NCBI GenBank assembly: GCA_964509125.1
Contig: CAZDVZ010000001.1
Location: forward strand, 7,070-71,069
Origin: an uncultured Oscillospiraceae bacterium
GTDB lineage: Bacteria > Bacillota > Clostridia > Oscillospirales > CAG-382
Reading direction: 5' to 3'
Length of the DNA stretch: 64,000 bases
Below the pieces are notes generated by a model that worked only from the letters and a program-made list of their open reading frames with translations, ran no database searches and was not told where the DNA came from. Within the stretch, counting starts at the first letter, position 1, and every line of letters starts with the position of its first letter. Shown one piece after another: positions 38,543 through 47,867 of this stretch. Position numbers and translations under genes: made by a program.

Positions 38543-39403
38543 ATGATTGATTCTATAATCGCGTTTCTTTACGGAATTATTGAAGGTATAACAGAATGGT
38601 TGCCCATAAGCAGTACGGGGCATCTTATACTGTTCGAAAAAATATTACCGTTTTCTTCAGATGTTTCCGAAGACTTTTTGGATATGTTTCGAGTTGTTGT
38701 ACAGTTGGGTGCAATTCTTGCGGTTGTAACTATTTATTTTAAAAAAATCTTCCCCTTTGATTTTTCGAAGAATAGAAAAAGCCTTATTAAGCCTGAAATT
38801 ATGTCGCTTTGGGGCAAGATAATAGTTGCTTGTGTTCCTGCGGCGATAGTTGGACTTTTGTTTGACGATTATTTGGATGCTTTATTTTATAATCCCCTCA
38901 CCGTTTCAATAAGTCTTGCTGTTTTCGGTGTTATATTTATTATTGTAGAAAACTCCAAAAAGAGTATTTCACCCCAAACTGATTCATGCTATAGCATTAC
39001 ATACAAAGCAGCGATGATCATAGGCGCATTTCAACTTATTGCAGCCATATTTCCCGGAACATCTCGGTCAGGAGCCACGATAATAGGTGCACTTATTATT
39101 GGAATTTCCAGAACTGCCGCAGCAGAATTTACATTCTTCTTGGGAATCCCCGTTATGTTTGGTGCAAGTCTTTTGAAAATTGCAAAATTTGCGCTTGAAG
39201 GAAACGTAATGTCCTCAAATGATTGGGGTATTATGATCATCGGTTTTGCTGTTTCGTATTTCGTTTCCATAGCCTCTATCAGAATGCTTATGAACTATGT
39301 TAAGAAGCACGACTTCAAAATTTTCGGCTGGTACAGAATTGTTCTCGCCGCTATAGTTATTATATACTTTGGAGTGATAACAAAACAAGGGCTTTTAAAT
39401 TAA
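38543..39403 (+). CDS. uppP: undecaprenyl-diphosphate phosphatase
   Basis: Motifs EWLPISSTGHL and PGTSRSGATI. Confidence 0.93.
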   Translation: MIDSIIAFLYGIIEGITEWLPISSTGHLILFEKILPFSSDVSEDFLDMFRVVVQLGAILAVVTIYFKKIFPFDFSKNRKSLIKPEIMSLWGKIIVACVPAAIVGLLFDDYLDALFYNPLTVSISLAVFGVIFIIVENSKKSISPQTDSCYSITYKAAMIIGAFQLIAAIFPGTSRSGATIIGALIIGISRTAAAEFTFFLGIPVMFGASLLKIAKFALEGNVMSSNDWGIMIIGFAVSYFVSIASIRMLMNYVKKHDFKIFGWYRIVLAAIVIIYFGVITKQGLLN

Positions 39404-39651
39404 TGGACTTGTAAAAAAGTCGCTCTCTTGCCACAGGAGAAATAATATGATAAAACCGTTATAAACGACGAAAAAACGCTTTTTTACAGTATATAATCTC
39501 TTTCGGATATATCACAATGGGCTTATGTCGCTTTGGGTTGGTTACATTCTTACCATTCACTCATTTTTACATACTTACATATACTGCTCTCAGAATAAAA
39601 AAGCACCGAAACGTGTTTTTAAAATAAATTTTATCCACAGGGAGCAGAACT

Positions 39652-40173
39652 ATGAATTATAATTTTCAAAACCCAAATTTATCTACTTTTATGAAAATGC
39701 CGCCCACATCGTGGGCAACGATTTACGGAAGCGAAAACTATCCTCAAATTAAAGGTACTGTGCGCTTTTATCAAACTGCACACGGTGTTTTGACGGTGGC
39801 AGAAATAAAAGGATTGCCCCAAGGCGAGGCGCCGTGCGAGAGTCCTATTTTTGCTTTCCACATCCACGAAGGCGAAGAATGTTCATCAGATCACACGCAC
39901 AATGATGGTCAGAACATTGAAAACGTCCCGTTTTCCGATTCAAAAGGACATTACAATCCGCAAAACTGTCCCCATCCATATCACGCCGGAGATCTCCCTC
40001 CTTTGTTTGGCTCAAAAGGATATGCTTTTTTGGCATTCATTTCTTCTCGTTTTACCGCAAAAGAAATTATAGGAAAAACAGTTATTATTCACTCCGGCCC
40101 GGACGATTTTACTTCTCAACCATCCGGAAATCCGGGAAGCAAAATAGCTTGCGGTGAAATTATAGGAATGTAA
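39652..40173 (+). CDS. Cu/Zn superoxide dismutase family protein
   Basis: Motifs FAFHIHEGEEC, HYNP....H..HAGDLPPL and IIHSGPDDFTSQPSGNPGSKIACGEI. Confidence 0.85.
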   Translation: MNYNFQNPNLSTFMKMPPTSWATIYGSENYPQIKGTVRFYQTAHGVLTVAEIKGLPQGEAPCESPIFAFHIHEGEECSSDHTHNDGQNIENVPFSDSKGHYNPQNCPHPYHAGDLPPLFGSKGYAFLAFISSRFTAKEIIGKTVIIHSGPDDFTSQPSGNPGSKIACGEIIGM

Positions 40174-40268
40174 TTTTTTCACAATAATACCCATATGTTT
40201 TACCCATTTTTAATGCTCTAACTCTTTACATATTTGAAAATTTCTTTCTCCCGAATTTTGATCCCATC

Positions 40269-40291
40269 TTTTTTGGGAATTTCCCAAAAAA
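40269..40291. repeat. 23-bp perfect palindrome TTTTTTGGGAA-T-TTCCCAAAAAA
   Basis: Read directly from the sequence. It lies 14 bp upstream of the -35 of the tRNA promoter. Confidence 0.9.
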
Positions 40292-40305
40292 TTTCAAAAA
40301 AGGTA

Positions 40306-40333
40306 TTGACAAACCAAAAATTTGTGGTATAAT
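40306..40333 (+). promoter_or_regulatory. sigma-A-type promoter for tRNA-Leu
   Basis: TTGACA, 16 nt spacer, TATAAT with an extended TG (TGGTATAAT). Confidence 0.7.
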
Positions 40334-40374
40334 GAATAAGCTTTCAGGCGAAAGCACCCCATATTTTAATAAAT

Positions 40375-40457
40375 GCGGCCGTGGCGGAACTGGCAGACGC
40401 GCACGTTTGAGGGGCGTGTGGGCAACCGTATGGGTTCAAGTCCCATCGGCCGCACCA
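40375..40457 (+). tRNA. tRNA-Leu (anticodon GAG), CCA encoded
   Basis: Hand fold. Acceptor GCGGCCG / CGGCCGC. D region GCGGAACTGGCAGACGC. Anticodon stem CACGT / GCGTG with loop TTGAGGG. Extra arm present. T arm ATGGG-TTCAAGT-CCCAT. Discriminator A plus CCA. Confidence 0.9.
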
Positions 40458-40459
40458 TG

Positions 40460-40499
40460 AAAAGCACACTTTTGTCCGTGAGACAAAAGTGTGCTTTTT
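40460..40499 (+). terminator. rho-independent terminator after tRNA-Leu
   Basis: AAAGCACACTTTTGTC-CGTGA-GACAAAAGTGTGCTTT followed by TTT. Confidence 0.85.
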
Positions 40500-40503
40500 G
40501 GTA

Positions 40504-40538
40504 ATATCCGCTCCTTTAGGAACGGGTGATATTTTTTT
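40504..40538 (+). terminator. second bulged hairpin plus T7 run directly upstream of yhhQ (terminator or attenuator)
   Basis: ATATC-CGCTCC / GGAACG-(GGT)-GATAT with loop TTTA, followed by TTTTTTT. The pairing is imperfect. Confidence 0.35.
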
Positions 40539-40580
40539 AATATGATATGACAACGATGATATATACCTTTGGAGGAAAGG

Positions 40581-41360
40581 ATGAAAGACAAAGGAGCACG
40601 CAATTTAAATGGTAATTCTCCAATTAAAGAATGGTTAATTAAAGAAAAAAAAGAAACAGAGCTTTTGCTGAGATGCATTCCCGCGACAGTAGTTACGCTT
40701 TTTGTTGTCAGCGTTATCTGCATGAATCTTCTGGCAAATAAAACTCTTTTTCAAAATGATATAATTGCACTTGACGGAGGAATTTTAATATCTTGGCTTT
40801 CATTTATGTGCATGGACATTATAACAAAGCATTTTGGGCCTAAAGCATCCAACAAGATTGCAATTCTTGCATCATCCATAAATTTGCTCACCTGTTTGAT
40901 TTTTTATGTGGCAAGTATCATTCCGTCAAACGCCAACGACTACAGAGTGTTGGATGACCTTTTAGGGGGAACATGGTTTATTTTACTCGGAAGCACAATT
41001 GCATTTCTTGCTTCTGCCGTAATTAACAATTTTTTGAATTGGATAATTGGAAAATCTTTTAAAAAAAACCAAAACGGAAAATTGGCATATGCCGCCCAAA
41101 CATACATATCCACCTTTATTGGCCAATTTTTCGACAACTTTATTTTTTCCATAATTGTATTTGTATTTTTTGCCCCAATATTTTGGGACGGATTTCAATG
41201 GACGATTTTACAATGCGCTATGTGTGCCCTAACGGGGGCAGTGGCAGAGCTTATTATGGAAATTGCCTTTTCGCCCATAGGATACAAAATTGTAACAAAA
41301 TGGAAAGCTAATTCTGTGGGTAAAGAATATCTTTCTTACATTAAAAGGGAGCGTGACTGA
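40581..41360 (+). CDS. yhhQ: queuosine-precursor transporter (YhhQ/DUF165 family)
   Basis: RBS GGAGGAAAGG abuts the ATG at 40581. Multi-TM protein with family-like FIGQFFDNFIFS. Confidence 0.8.
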   Translation: MKDKGARNLNGNSPIKEWLIKEKKETELLLRCIPATVVTLFVVSVICMNLLANKTLFQNDIIALDGGILISWLSFMCMDIITKHFGPKASNKIAILASSINLLTCLIFYVASIIPSNANDYRVLDDLLGGTWFILLGSTIAFLASAVINNFLNWIIGKSFKKNQNGKLAYAAQTYISTFIGQFFDNFIFSIIVFVFFAPIFWDGFQWTILQCAMCALTGAVAELIMEIAFSPIGYKIVTKWKANSVGKEYLSYIKRERD

Positions 41361-41361
41361 C

Positions 41362-42018
41362 ATGAAAGTTTTAATTACAGGAACATCCACCGGAATTGGA
41401 AAAGCTATTGCAGATTTGTTTTTGAGAAACAACCATTGTGTTTTGGGCATTGATCGCGATCCACCCACTATAAAACACCACAACTATACCCATTATGTTT
41501 GTGACATTCGTGATAAGGAAAGACTTCCCATTATTGATGATATTGAAATTTTGATAAACAATGCAGGAACTCAAAACGAGGACGATATTGACACAAATTT
41601 AAAAGCACTTATATACATTACCGAAAAATACGGACTTCAAAAAAACATCCATTCAATTTTAAATATCGGCTCTGCAAGCGCTCATACAGGCTCAGAATTT
41701 CCCGAATATTGCGCAAGCAAAGGAGGGGTCCTCGCGTACACCAAAAATGTTGCAATGCGAGTTGCACCTTTTGGAGCGACCTGCAACAGTTTAGACCCGG
41801 GCGGAGTACTTACTTCACTCAATGACTGCGTAATTAATGACAAAGAGCTTTGGGCGCAGATCATGGACGAAACGCCCTTAAAAAGATGGGCAACCGCAGA
41901 AGAAATTGCAGAGTGGGCATATTTTCTCACCGTAACAAACGGTTTTTGCACCGGACAAAGCATTGTTGTGGATGGTGGAGAATCCATAAACAGAAAATTT
42001 ATTTGGAAAGAAAATTAA
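41362..42018 (+). CDS. SDR-family oxidoreductase
   Basis: MKVLITGTSTGIGKAIA (TGxxxGxG), NNAG, and Y..SKGG (YxxxK). Confidence 0.85.
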   Translation: MKVLITGTSTGIGKAIADLFLRNNHCVLGIDRDPPTIKHHNYTHYVCDIRDKERLPIIDDIEILINNAGTQNEDDIDTNLKALIYITEKYGLQKNIHSILNIGSASAHTGSEFPEYCASKGGVLAYTKNVAMRVAPFGATCNSLDPGGVLTSLNDCVINDKELWAQIMDETPLKRWATAEEIAEWAYFLTVTNGFCTGQSIVVDGGESINRKFIWKEN

Positions 42019-42054
42019 AATAAGCTTTTATTCAAACGAAGGAGAAAAATGTTT

Positions 42055-43077
42055 TCACCTTTGCACTCTGCCGCTTCCGTCTCCTCCCGCCAGCTTTTCC
42101 ACTTCGGAAACAGCAACACGGTTAAAATCTCCCTCTATGGAATGTTTCAACGCAGAAGCCGCAACCGCAAATTCTATTGCATTTTTACAATCTTTACCGC
42201 TAAGCAAAGAATAAATAAGTCCGGCAGCAAATGAATCTCCGCCGCCAACACGATCGACTATGTGCAAGTTATATTCCTTCGAAAAATAGAAATCATCACC
42301 GTCATAAATCATGCCCGACCAGCCGTTATCGTTGGCAGAATACGATTTTCTCAAAGTAATGGCAACTTTTTCAAAACCAAACTTGGCTTTAAGCTGTTTC
42401 GCCACGGATTTATAAGACTCGTTTTCAACCTTCCCGCTATAAATGTCGCAGCCTTCCGCTTCGATTCCGAAAACATCCTTTGCGTCTTCTTCGTTGCAGA
42501 TACAAACATCAACAAAGCTACAAAGATTTGTCATCACCCGCCTCGCTTCTTCTCTGCTCCAAAGTTTTTTTCTATAATTAAGGTCACAAGAGATCTTTAC
42601 CCCCTGTTTTTTCGCCTCGATGCAAGCCAAGGCGCATATATTTGCAAGTTCGCCCCCAAGAGCAGGAGTGATACCCGTAAAATGAAACCAATCTGCTCCG
42701 CAAAAAATCTCTTTCCAATTAAAATCTTCTGACTTTGCCATTGAAATTGAGGAAAACGCCCTATCATAAACGCAAACTGATCCTCTTTGAGACGCACCCT
42801 TTTCCAAAAAATATATTCCAAGCCTGTCACCGCCTATGGTTATCTTCGACACATCAACGCCAAAAGCTCTCAATGCGTCGGAGGCACCTTTACCTATGGG
42901 GTTGTCAGGCAATTTTGTTATATAAACGCTGTTCATGCCAAAATTGGCAAGAGACACAGCAACATTTGCTTCCCCGCCGCCAAAAGACGCAGACAGTCTG
43001 TCGTTTTGGAAAAACCTATTGTAGCCATCGGGTGAAAGGCGAAGCATGATCTCACCAAAAGTTATAATTTTTGCCAT
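42055..43077 (-). CDS. kdgK: 2-dehydro-3-deoxygluconokinase
   Basis: MAKIITFGEIMLRLSP, PfkB motifs GGGEANVA and GGGDSFAAG. Its start overlaps the eda stop (TAATG). Confidence 0.9.
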   Translation of the reverse strand: MAKIITFGEIMLRLSPDGYNRFFQNDRLSASFGGGEANVAVSLANFGMNSVYITKLPDNPIGKGASDALRAFGVDVSKITIGGDRLGIYFLEKGASQRGSVCVYDRAFSSISMAKSEDFNWKEIFCGADWFHFTGITPALGGELANICALACIEAKKQGVKISCDLNYRKKLWSREEARRVMTNLCSFVDVCICNEEDAKDVFGIEAEGCDIYSGKVENESYKSVAKQLKAKFGFEKVAITLRKSYSANDNGWSGMIYDGDDFYFSKEYNLHIVDRVGGGDSFAAGLIYSLLSGKDCKNAIEFAVAASALKHSIEGDFNRVAVSEVEKLAGGDGSGRVQR

Positions 43078-43673
43078 TATAGTTCCCTCTTTTCTCTGTA
43101 TTTTTCCAATGCCTCTTTCACGAAAAAGCTGCCACCAATGGCAATAACTTTCTCAAATTCCAAATAGTCATTAATGTTGTTTCTGTCAATACCGCCCGTT
43201 GGAACAAATTTAACTTGTGGAAACGGAGCGGAAAGTGCCTTTATACCCTTTATACCGCCATAAATATTTGCGGGGAAGAATTTCACCGTATTGATTCCGC
43301 ACTCCAAAGCCGCCATTATCTCCGTAGGGGTTACACAACCCGGAATGTATGGGATGTCTGCATTTTTGCAAACATCAGCCACGGGCTTTGAAAAACCGGG
43401 GGAAACAATAAATTCTGCCCCCGCCTTCAACGCGCTTTCGGCCTGCTCGGCATTTATTACAGTACCAGCACCTATTGTCATATGGGGAAAAAGCTCTTTT
43501 CCTTTTTTTATCGCTTCTTCGGCACAAGCTGTACGAAATGTTATCTCAGCCACATTTATGCCGCTTTCCAAAAGTGCAGAAAGTATTTTTTCGGTTTCGG
43601 ATTCCTCATTTATCACAACAACGGGGATAAATTTTGATATTTTAAATAAATTTTCTGTATTCAAATACGACAT
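43077..43673 (-). CDS. eda: 2-dehydro-3-deoxyphosphogluconate (KDPG) aldolase
   Basis: Motifs VAEITFRT, GAGTV, FIVSPG and VKFFPA. The ATG at 43673 is preceded by GGAGTG. Confidence 0.88.
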   Translation of the reverse strand: MSYLNTENLFKISKFIPVVVINEESETEKILSALLESGINVAEITFRTACAEEAIKKGKELFPHMTIGAGTVINAEQAESALKAGAEFIVSPGFSKPVADVCKNADIPYIPGCVTPTEIMAALECGINTVKFFPANIYGGIKGIKALSAPFPQVKFVPTGGIDRNNINDYLEFEKVIAIGGSFFVKEALEKYREKREL

Positions 43674-43680
43674 ATAACAC

Positions 43681-44511
43681 TCACACTCCACTATATGCAG
43701 AAAATCCGCCATCCACGGCAATTACAGTACCTGTAACAAAACCACTTGCCTTGTCGTCTGACAACCAAAGAAGCGCGCCCAAAAGGTCATCTATCTCCCC
43801 AAACCGCTTCATTGGAGTAGCATTCAAAATCTTCTTTGTCCTATCCGTGGGATTGCCCTCTTCGTCAAACAGCAGATCCCTGTTTTGATTTGTCACAAAA
43901 AAACCGGGGGCTATGGCGTTACATCGTATATTACATGGAGCAAAATGCACCGAAAGCCACTGCGTGAAATTTGATATCCCCGATTTTGCCGCAGAATATG
44001 CAGGGATCTTTGTAAGAGGACGAAACGCATTCATTGAAGAAATGTTTATAATATTCCCTCCCGTTTCCACCATATCTTCTGCAAAAACTTGAGTTACAAG
44101 GAATGCGGAGGTAATATTCAGATCAAAAACGAATTTAAATCCTCCCTCGTCCAAAGAAAAAAAGTCCTTTACATCCTTTGTATCAGGAGTCATAATTTCG
44201 TTGTCACAAGTTGCCCTCGGATTATTTCCGCCAGCTCCGTTAATAAGGAAATTTATCTTTCCCCACTTTTCATTTATTTTTAGTTTTGCTTCTTTAATGT
44301 TTTCTTTATCAAGACAATTGCAACAAATGCCAATAGCGTTTTCGCCAATTTCCTTTTGAACTTCATCCACCGCTTTACCATTAATATCAAGCAAAGCAAC
44401 TTTCGCTCCGCATTCTGCCAAAGCCTTTGCAAAAGATCTGCAGATCACGCCACCTGCCCCTGTAATTGCAACTATTTTATTTGTAAGGTCTACCCTAAAC
44501 GGAACATTCAT
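43681..44511 (-). CDS. SDR-family oxidoreductase, probable fructuronate reductase (UxuB function)
   Basis: Motifs ITGAGGVICRSFA, NGAGGN and YSAAKSG. It sits between uxuA and eda, which supports the functional guess. Confidence 0.7.
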   Translation of the reverse strand: MNVPFRVDLTNKIVAITGAGGVICRSFAKALAECGAKVALLDINGKAVDEVQKEIGENAIGICCNCLDKENIKEAKLKINEKWGKINFLINGAGGNNPRATCDNEIMTPDTKDVKDFFSLDEGGFKFVFDLNITSAFLVTQVFAEDMVETGGNIINISSMNAFRPLTKIPAYSAAKSGISNFTQWLSVHFAPCNIRCNAIAPGFFVTNQNRDLLFDEEGNPTDRTKKILNATPMKRFGEIDDLLGALLWLSDDKASGFVTGTVIAVDGGFSAYSGV

Positions 44512-45551
44512 TTTTTGCCTCCCAATTCTTTTTCCACAGCCTCAAATAGTCCATTAAGATATGCCGCGCCCAATGCGCGATCATAAAGTCCATATCCCGG
44601 TTTTCCATCCTCGCCCCAAATATTTCTTCCGTGGTCGGGACGAACATATCCATTAAATCCACCTTTTACCAAAGCACGAACAACTCCGTAAATATCAACA
44701 TCGCCCCAAGAGGTCAAATGTCCCGCTTCGGTAAAATCCATTTTACCGGAATATTTTATCTGCCTTATGTGTGCAAAGAAAATTCTGTCTGCATACTTTT
44801 CTGCCATAGAAACAAGGTCGTTTTCGCGCCCCGCTCCCAAAGATCCGGTACAAAATGTCACGCCGTTGTGCCTATTAGGAACGGCTGAAAAAAGCTTATC
44901 ATAGCTTTCGGCACTTGTAATAATACGAGGCAACCCAAACATATCCCATGGCGGATCATCCGGGTGTATCGCCATATTAATTCCTGTTTCATCGCAGGCG
45001 GGCATTATGCCCTCTAAAAAGTAAACCAAATTTTGAAAAAGCTGTTCATGAGTTATATCTTTGTAAGCTCTAATAAGCTCGCCCAACTCTTCGGGTCTAT
45101 AGCTTTCGTCCCATCCCGGCAAATGCAGGTTATTCGGATCAAGGGACATGAGCTCGTCATGGTTATATGAAAGCGAATTGCTTCCGTCGGGAGCGTTTGT
45201 TTTCAAATTTGTCCTAAGCCAATCGAAAACAGGCATAAAATTGTAACAAATACATTTTACCCCATATTTCCCTAAAACACGTATTGTTTCCGAATAATTC
45301 TCAATAAGTCTATCCCGCGTGGGTTTGCCTAATTTTATATCTTCGTGAACAGGCACGGACTCTATTACTTCCATTCCAATATTGCAATTATCGCAAAGTG
45401 ATTTTAGCCGAATAATTTTGTCTTCTCCCCAGCGTTCACCAACTTTTACGTCGTAAACCGCAGTTACTACACTGCTCATGTTGGGGATCTGCTTTATATA
45501 TTGTAACGGAATAACATCATTTTCACCGTACCAGCGAAATGTCATTTTCAT
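44508..45551 (-). CDS. uxuA: mannonate dehydratase
   Basis: MKMTFRWYGENDVIPLQYIKQIP... is a typical UxuA N-terminus. 4-nt overlap with the downstream SDR. Confidence 0.9.
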   Translation of the reverse strand: MKMTFRWYGENDVIPLQYIKQIPNMSSVVTAVYDVKVGERWGEDKIIRLKSLCDNCNIGMEVIESVPVHEDIKLGKPTRDRLIENYSETIRVLGKYGVKCICYNFMPVFDWLRTNLKTNAPDGSNSLSYNHDELMSLDPNNLHLPGWDESYRPEELGELIRAYKDITHEQLFQNLVYFLEGIMPACDETGINMAIHPDDPPWDMFGLPRIITSAESYDKLFSAVPNRHNGVTFCTGSLGAGRENDLVSMAEKYADRIFFAHIRQIKYSGKMDFTEAGHLTSWGDVDIYGVVRALVKGGFNGYVRPDHGRNIWGEDGKPGYGLYDRALGAAYLNGLFEAVEKELGGKK

Positions 45552-45561
45552 AATTGCTTCC

Positions 45562-46890
45562 TCATTTTTGTTTTATTAAATATTTTGGGGTTTTATAACA
45601 TATATTTTCCACTAAAGAATAAGCAGAAGAAAGATCGTATTCTCCCCTCTCCACATATTCCGCAACAACGCTTGCAAGAATGCGGCGAAAAAAGTCGAAT
45701 CTTACATAACTTGAAAAGCTCCTCGAATCTGTAAGCATGCCGGTGCAAGTTCCCAAAACAGAATATTCTGCAATTGTTTGGAGATTTTTTCTTATGCCCA
45801 AAACAGTATCATTAAACCACCATGCCGCACCCATGCGCACGTTTCGAAACGCACCCGTTATGCAAGCCAAAGCAGGAAGTGGAGAATCATTTAGGGAATA
45901 AAGCACCAAAGAAGGGCGTTCGCTTTCAGGAATTTTAGCTAAAAGCTGCGTTGGATCAACATTTTTATTAACTCCTATAACATCAAATCCGCTATCTGAA
46001 CCGCATTTTTTAAAGTATTCGGGATTTACATTCCTTACAACGCCAAAATGAAGCTGAACCGTCATATCTCGTTTTTTGCACTCTTTTAAAATAAATGACA
46101 GCAGAAACCAAACGAGCTTATCTTGGTCTGAACCACTCATATTTTCTTTATTTTCATATATTTTTTCTGCCTCTTTAAAATCCGCAGAAAGCAAGGGGAA
46201 CTGTCCAAAACCTATGTCTGCTATGGTACATCCGTGAGATACAAAATAATCCATTCTCGCTGAAATGGCATTCATAAGTCCTTTTAATGTGCTTGTTTCA
46301 TACCCCGATATCAATGATAATTTTTCAAGATATCCCTTTTCAAAAGAAAAAACTTTGTCAGGTCTGAATGTCGGGGCAACAACCGTATTTCCATATTTTC
46401 CATGAGGTTTTAAATCATCCGTAGGATCATCCGTGGTAGCGATATATTCCACTTTAAATTTTTTCAAAAGATGAGAAACAGTAATGCTTTTCAACTTTTC
46501 CGTTGCCTCTTTGTATATTTCCTCTCCGCTTTCCTTGTTAAGGGGCTTGGTTATTCCAAAAATTTGAGAAAGCTCCATATGAGTCCAATAATAAAGAGGG
46601 TTTCCGCATAACATTGGCATTATCTCGGCATATTTCAAAAACTTTTCGCGAAAATCAGCATCGCCTGTAATATATTTTTCTTCCACACCGCAAAGACGCA
46701 TTGCGCGCCATTTGTAATGATCGGATTTAAGCCAAAATTCGCCAATATCGGAAAAATGCGCATCCTCGCTTATCATGTATGGGTCAAGATGGCAATGATA
46801 ATCTATAATGGGAAGATCTTTTACATGGTCATACAACTTTGTTGCCGTTTCGCTTTGAAGCAAAACAGTGTTATCAAAAAAATTCATCAT
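45562..46890 (-). CDS. uxaC: glucuronate isomerase
   Basis: Motifs IIDYHCHLDP, WLKSDHYKWRAMR and GMLTDSRSF. The ATG at 46890 lies 4 nt after GGAGAG. Confidence 0.92.
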   Translation of the reverse strand: MMNFFDNTVLLQSETATKLYDHVKDLPIIDYHCHLDPYMISEDAHFSDIGEFWLKSDHYKWRAMRLCGVEEKYITGDADFREKFLKYAEIMPMLCGNPLYYWTHMELSQIFGITKPLNKESGEEIYKEATEKLKSITVSHLLKKFKVEYIATTDDPTDDLKPHGKYGNTVVAPTFRPDKVFSFEKGYLEKLSLISGYETSTLKGLMNAISARMDYFVSHGCTIADIGFGQFPLLSADFKEAEKIYENKENMSGSDQDKLVWFLLSFILKECKKRDMTVQLHFGVVRNVNPEYFKKCGSDSGFDVIGVNKNVDPTQLLAKIPESERPSLVLYSLNDSPLPALACITGAFRNVRMGAAWWFNDTVLGIRKNLQTIAEYSVLGTCTGMLTDSRSFSSYVRFDFFRRILASVVAEYVERGEYDLSSAYSLVENICYKTPKYLIKQK

Positions 46891-46905
46891 AGCGCTCTCC
46901 AATTT

Positions 46906-47853
46906 TTACACATCAATCCATTTGCCGCCACTTTTATAGGAAGCGAGTATTAAGTTAACTACTTTTGCGCTTTCTTTGCCGTCAATTTCAAATTTTTTCC
47001 CCGTTTTTACACAGTTATAAAAATCCTTAACCAAGGCTTCATGACTACTTCCGTAGCACGACTTGCCCAAAGCGGCAGCTTCCCTTTCGAAATATTTAAG
47101 TTCTTTTCCCACCACAACATAATCGGGCATTATTTTCAACCACTCGCCGGAAACGCAGAGCGTTATCTCAACAGGGCAATCTTTATTGTTTCCGTTGGAT
47201 GCGTAAAAAGTGAATTCACCGCCATTTTTAGCCAAAATGGTTGCCGTGTCTTCCACATCAATAACGCCCTGCAAAGTAAGATTTGAAAGGCTTGCCGAAA
47301 GATTCCCCGGCATTCCGCAAAACCATTGCATAAGATCCAACGTATGAAGTGCTTGATTTATTAATACTCCGCCGCCCTCTGTAGTTGCGTGACCGCGCCA
47401 CTCCCCTGAATCGTAATAGCTTTTATCTCGGTGCCATGAAACCTGTCCAACGCCACCTTCAACTTTTTTCCCCGTTATATATTCTTTAACAAACCTATTG
47501 GCAGGGTTATATCTGTTTTGATGACAAACGCCAAGCTTAGCCGTGGAGTTTCTCTCGGCCTCAAGAATAATATCAATATCTTCTCTTCTTATACACAAAG
47601 GCTTTTCGCATAAAACATTAATGCCTCTTTCAAGACAATATACAATCATTTCCGCGTGAAGAAAATGAGGCGTACAAATATGTACAACATCGGGAGCTAT
47701 CTCATCCAACATCAATTTATAATTTGTATATCTTGCAACATCCTTCGGGATGGGGGCATTTGAATCGCATATTGCCTTAAGAGTGCCCATGTTCCTTAAA
47801 ATTTGCTCATGAAGCTTTCCTATTACGCCATACCCAATTATTACAGATTTCAT
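46906..47853 (-). CDS. Gfo/Idh/MocA-family NAD(P)-dependent oxidoreductase
   Basis: MKSVIIGYGVIGKLH (Rossmann), EKPL motif, and C-terminal alpha/beta domain. The ATG at 47853 lies 7 nt after AAAGGAG. Confidence 0.85.
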   Translation of the reverse strand: MKSVIIGYGVIGKLHEQILRNMGTLKAICDSNAPIPKDVARYTNYKLMLDEIAPDVVHICTPHFLHAEMIVYCLERGINVLCEKPLCIRREDIDIILEAERNSTAKLGVCHQNRYNPANRFVKEYITGKKVEGGVGQVSWHRDKSYYDSGEWRGHATTEGGGVLINQALHTLDLMQWFCGMPGNLSASLSNLTLQGVIDVEDTATILAKNGGEFTFYASNGNNKDCPVEITLCVSGEWLKIMPDYVVVGKELKYFEREAAALGKSCYGSSHEALVKDFYNCVKTGKKFEIDGKESAKVVNLILASYKSGGKWIDV

Positions 47854-47867
47854 TCTCATCTCCTTTT

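Noticed and set aside
40500-40580. Possible preQ1 riboswitch upstream of the yhhQ queuosine-precursor transporter gene.
   Set aside because: I looked for the preQ1-I stem plus A-rich tail (as in AGAGGTTCTAGCTACACCCTCTATAAAAAACTAA) and for preQ1-II features and found neither. There is only a bulged hairpin with a T7 run. An Infernal scan would settle this.
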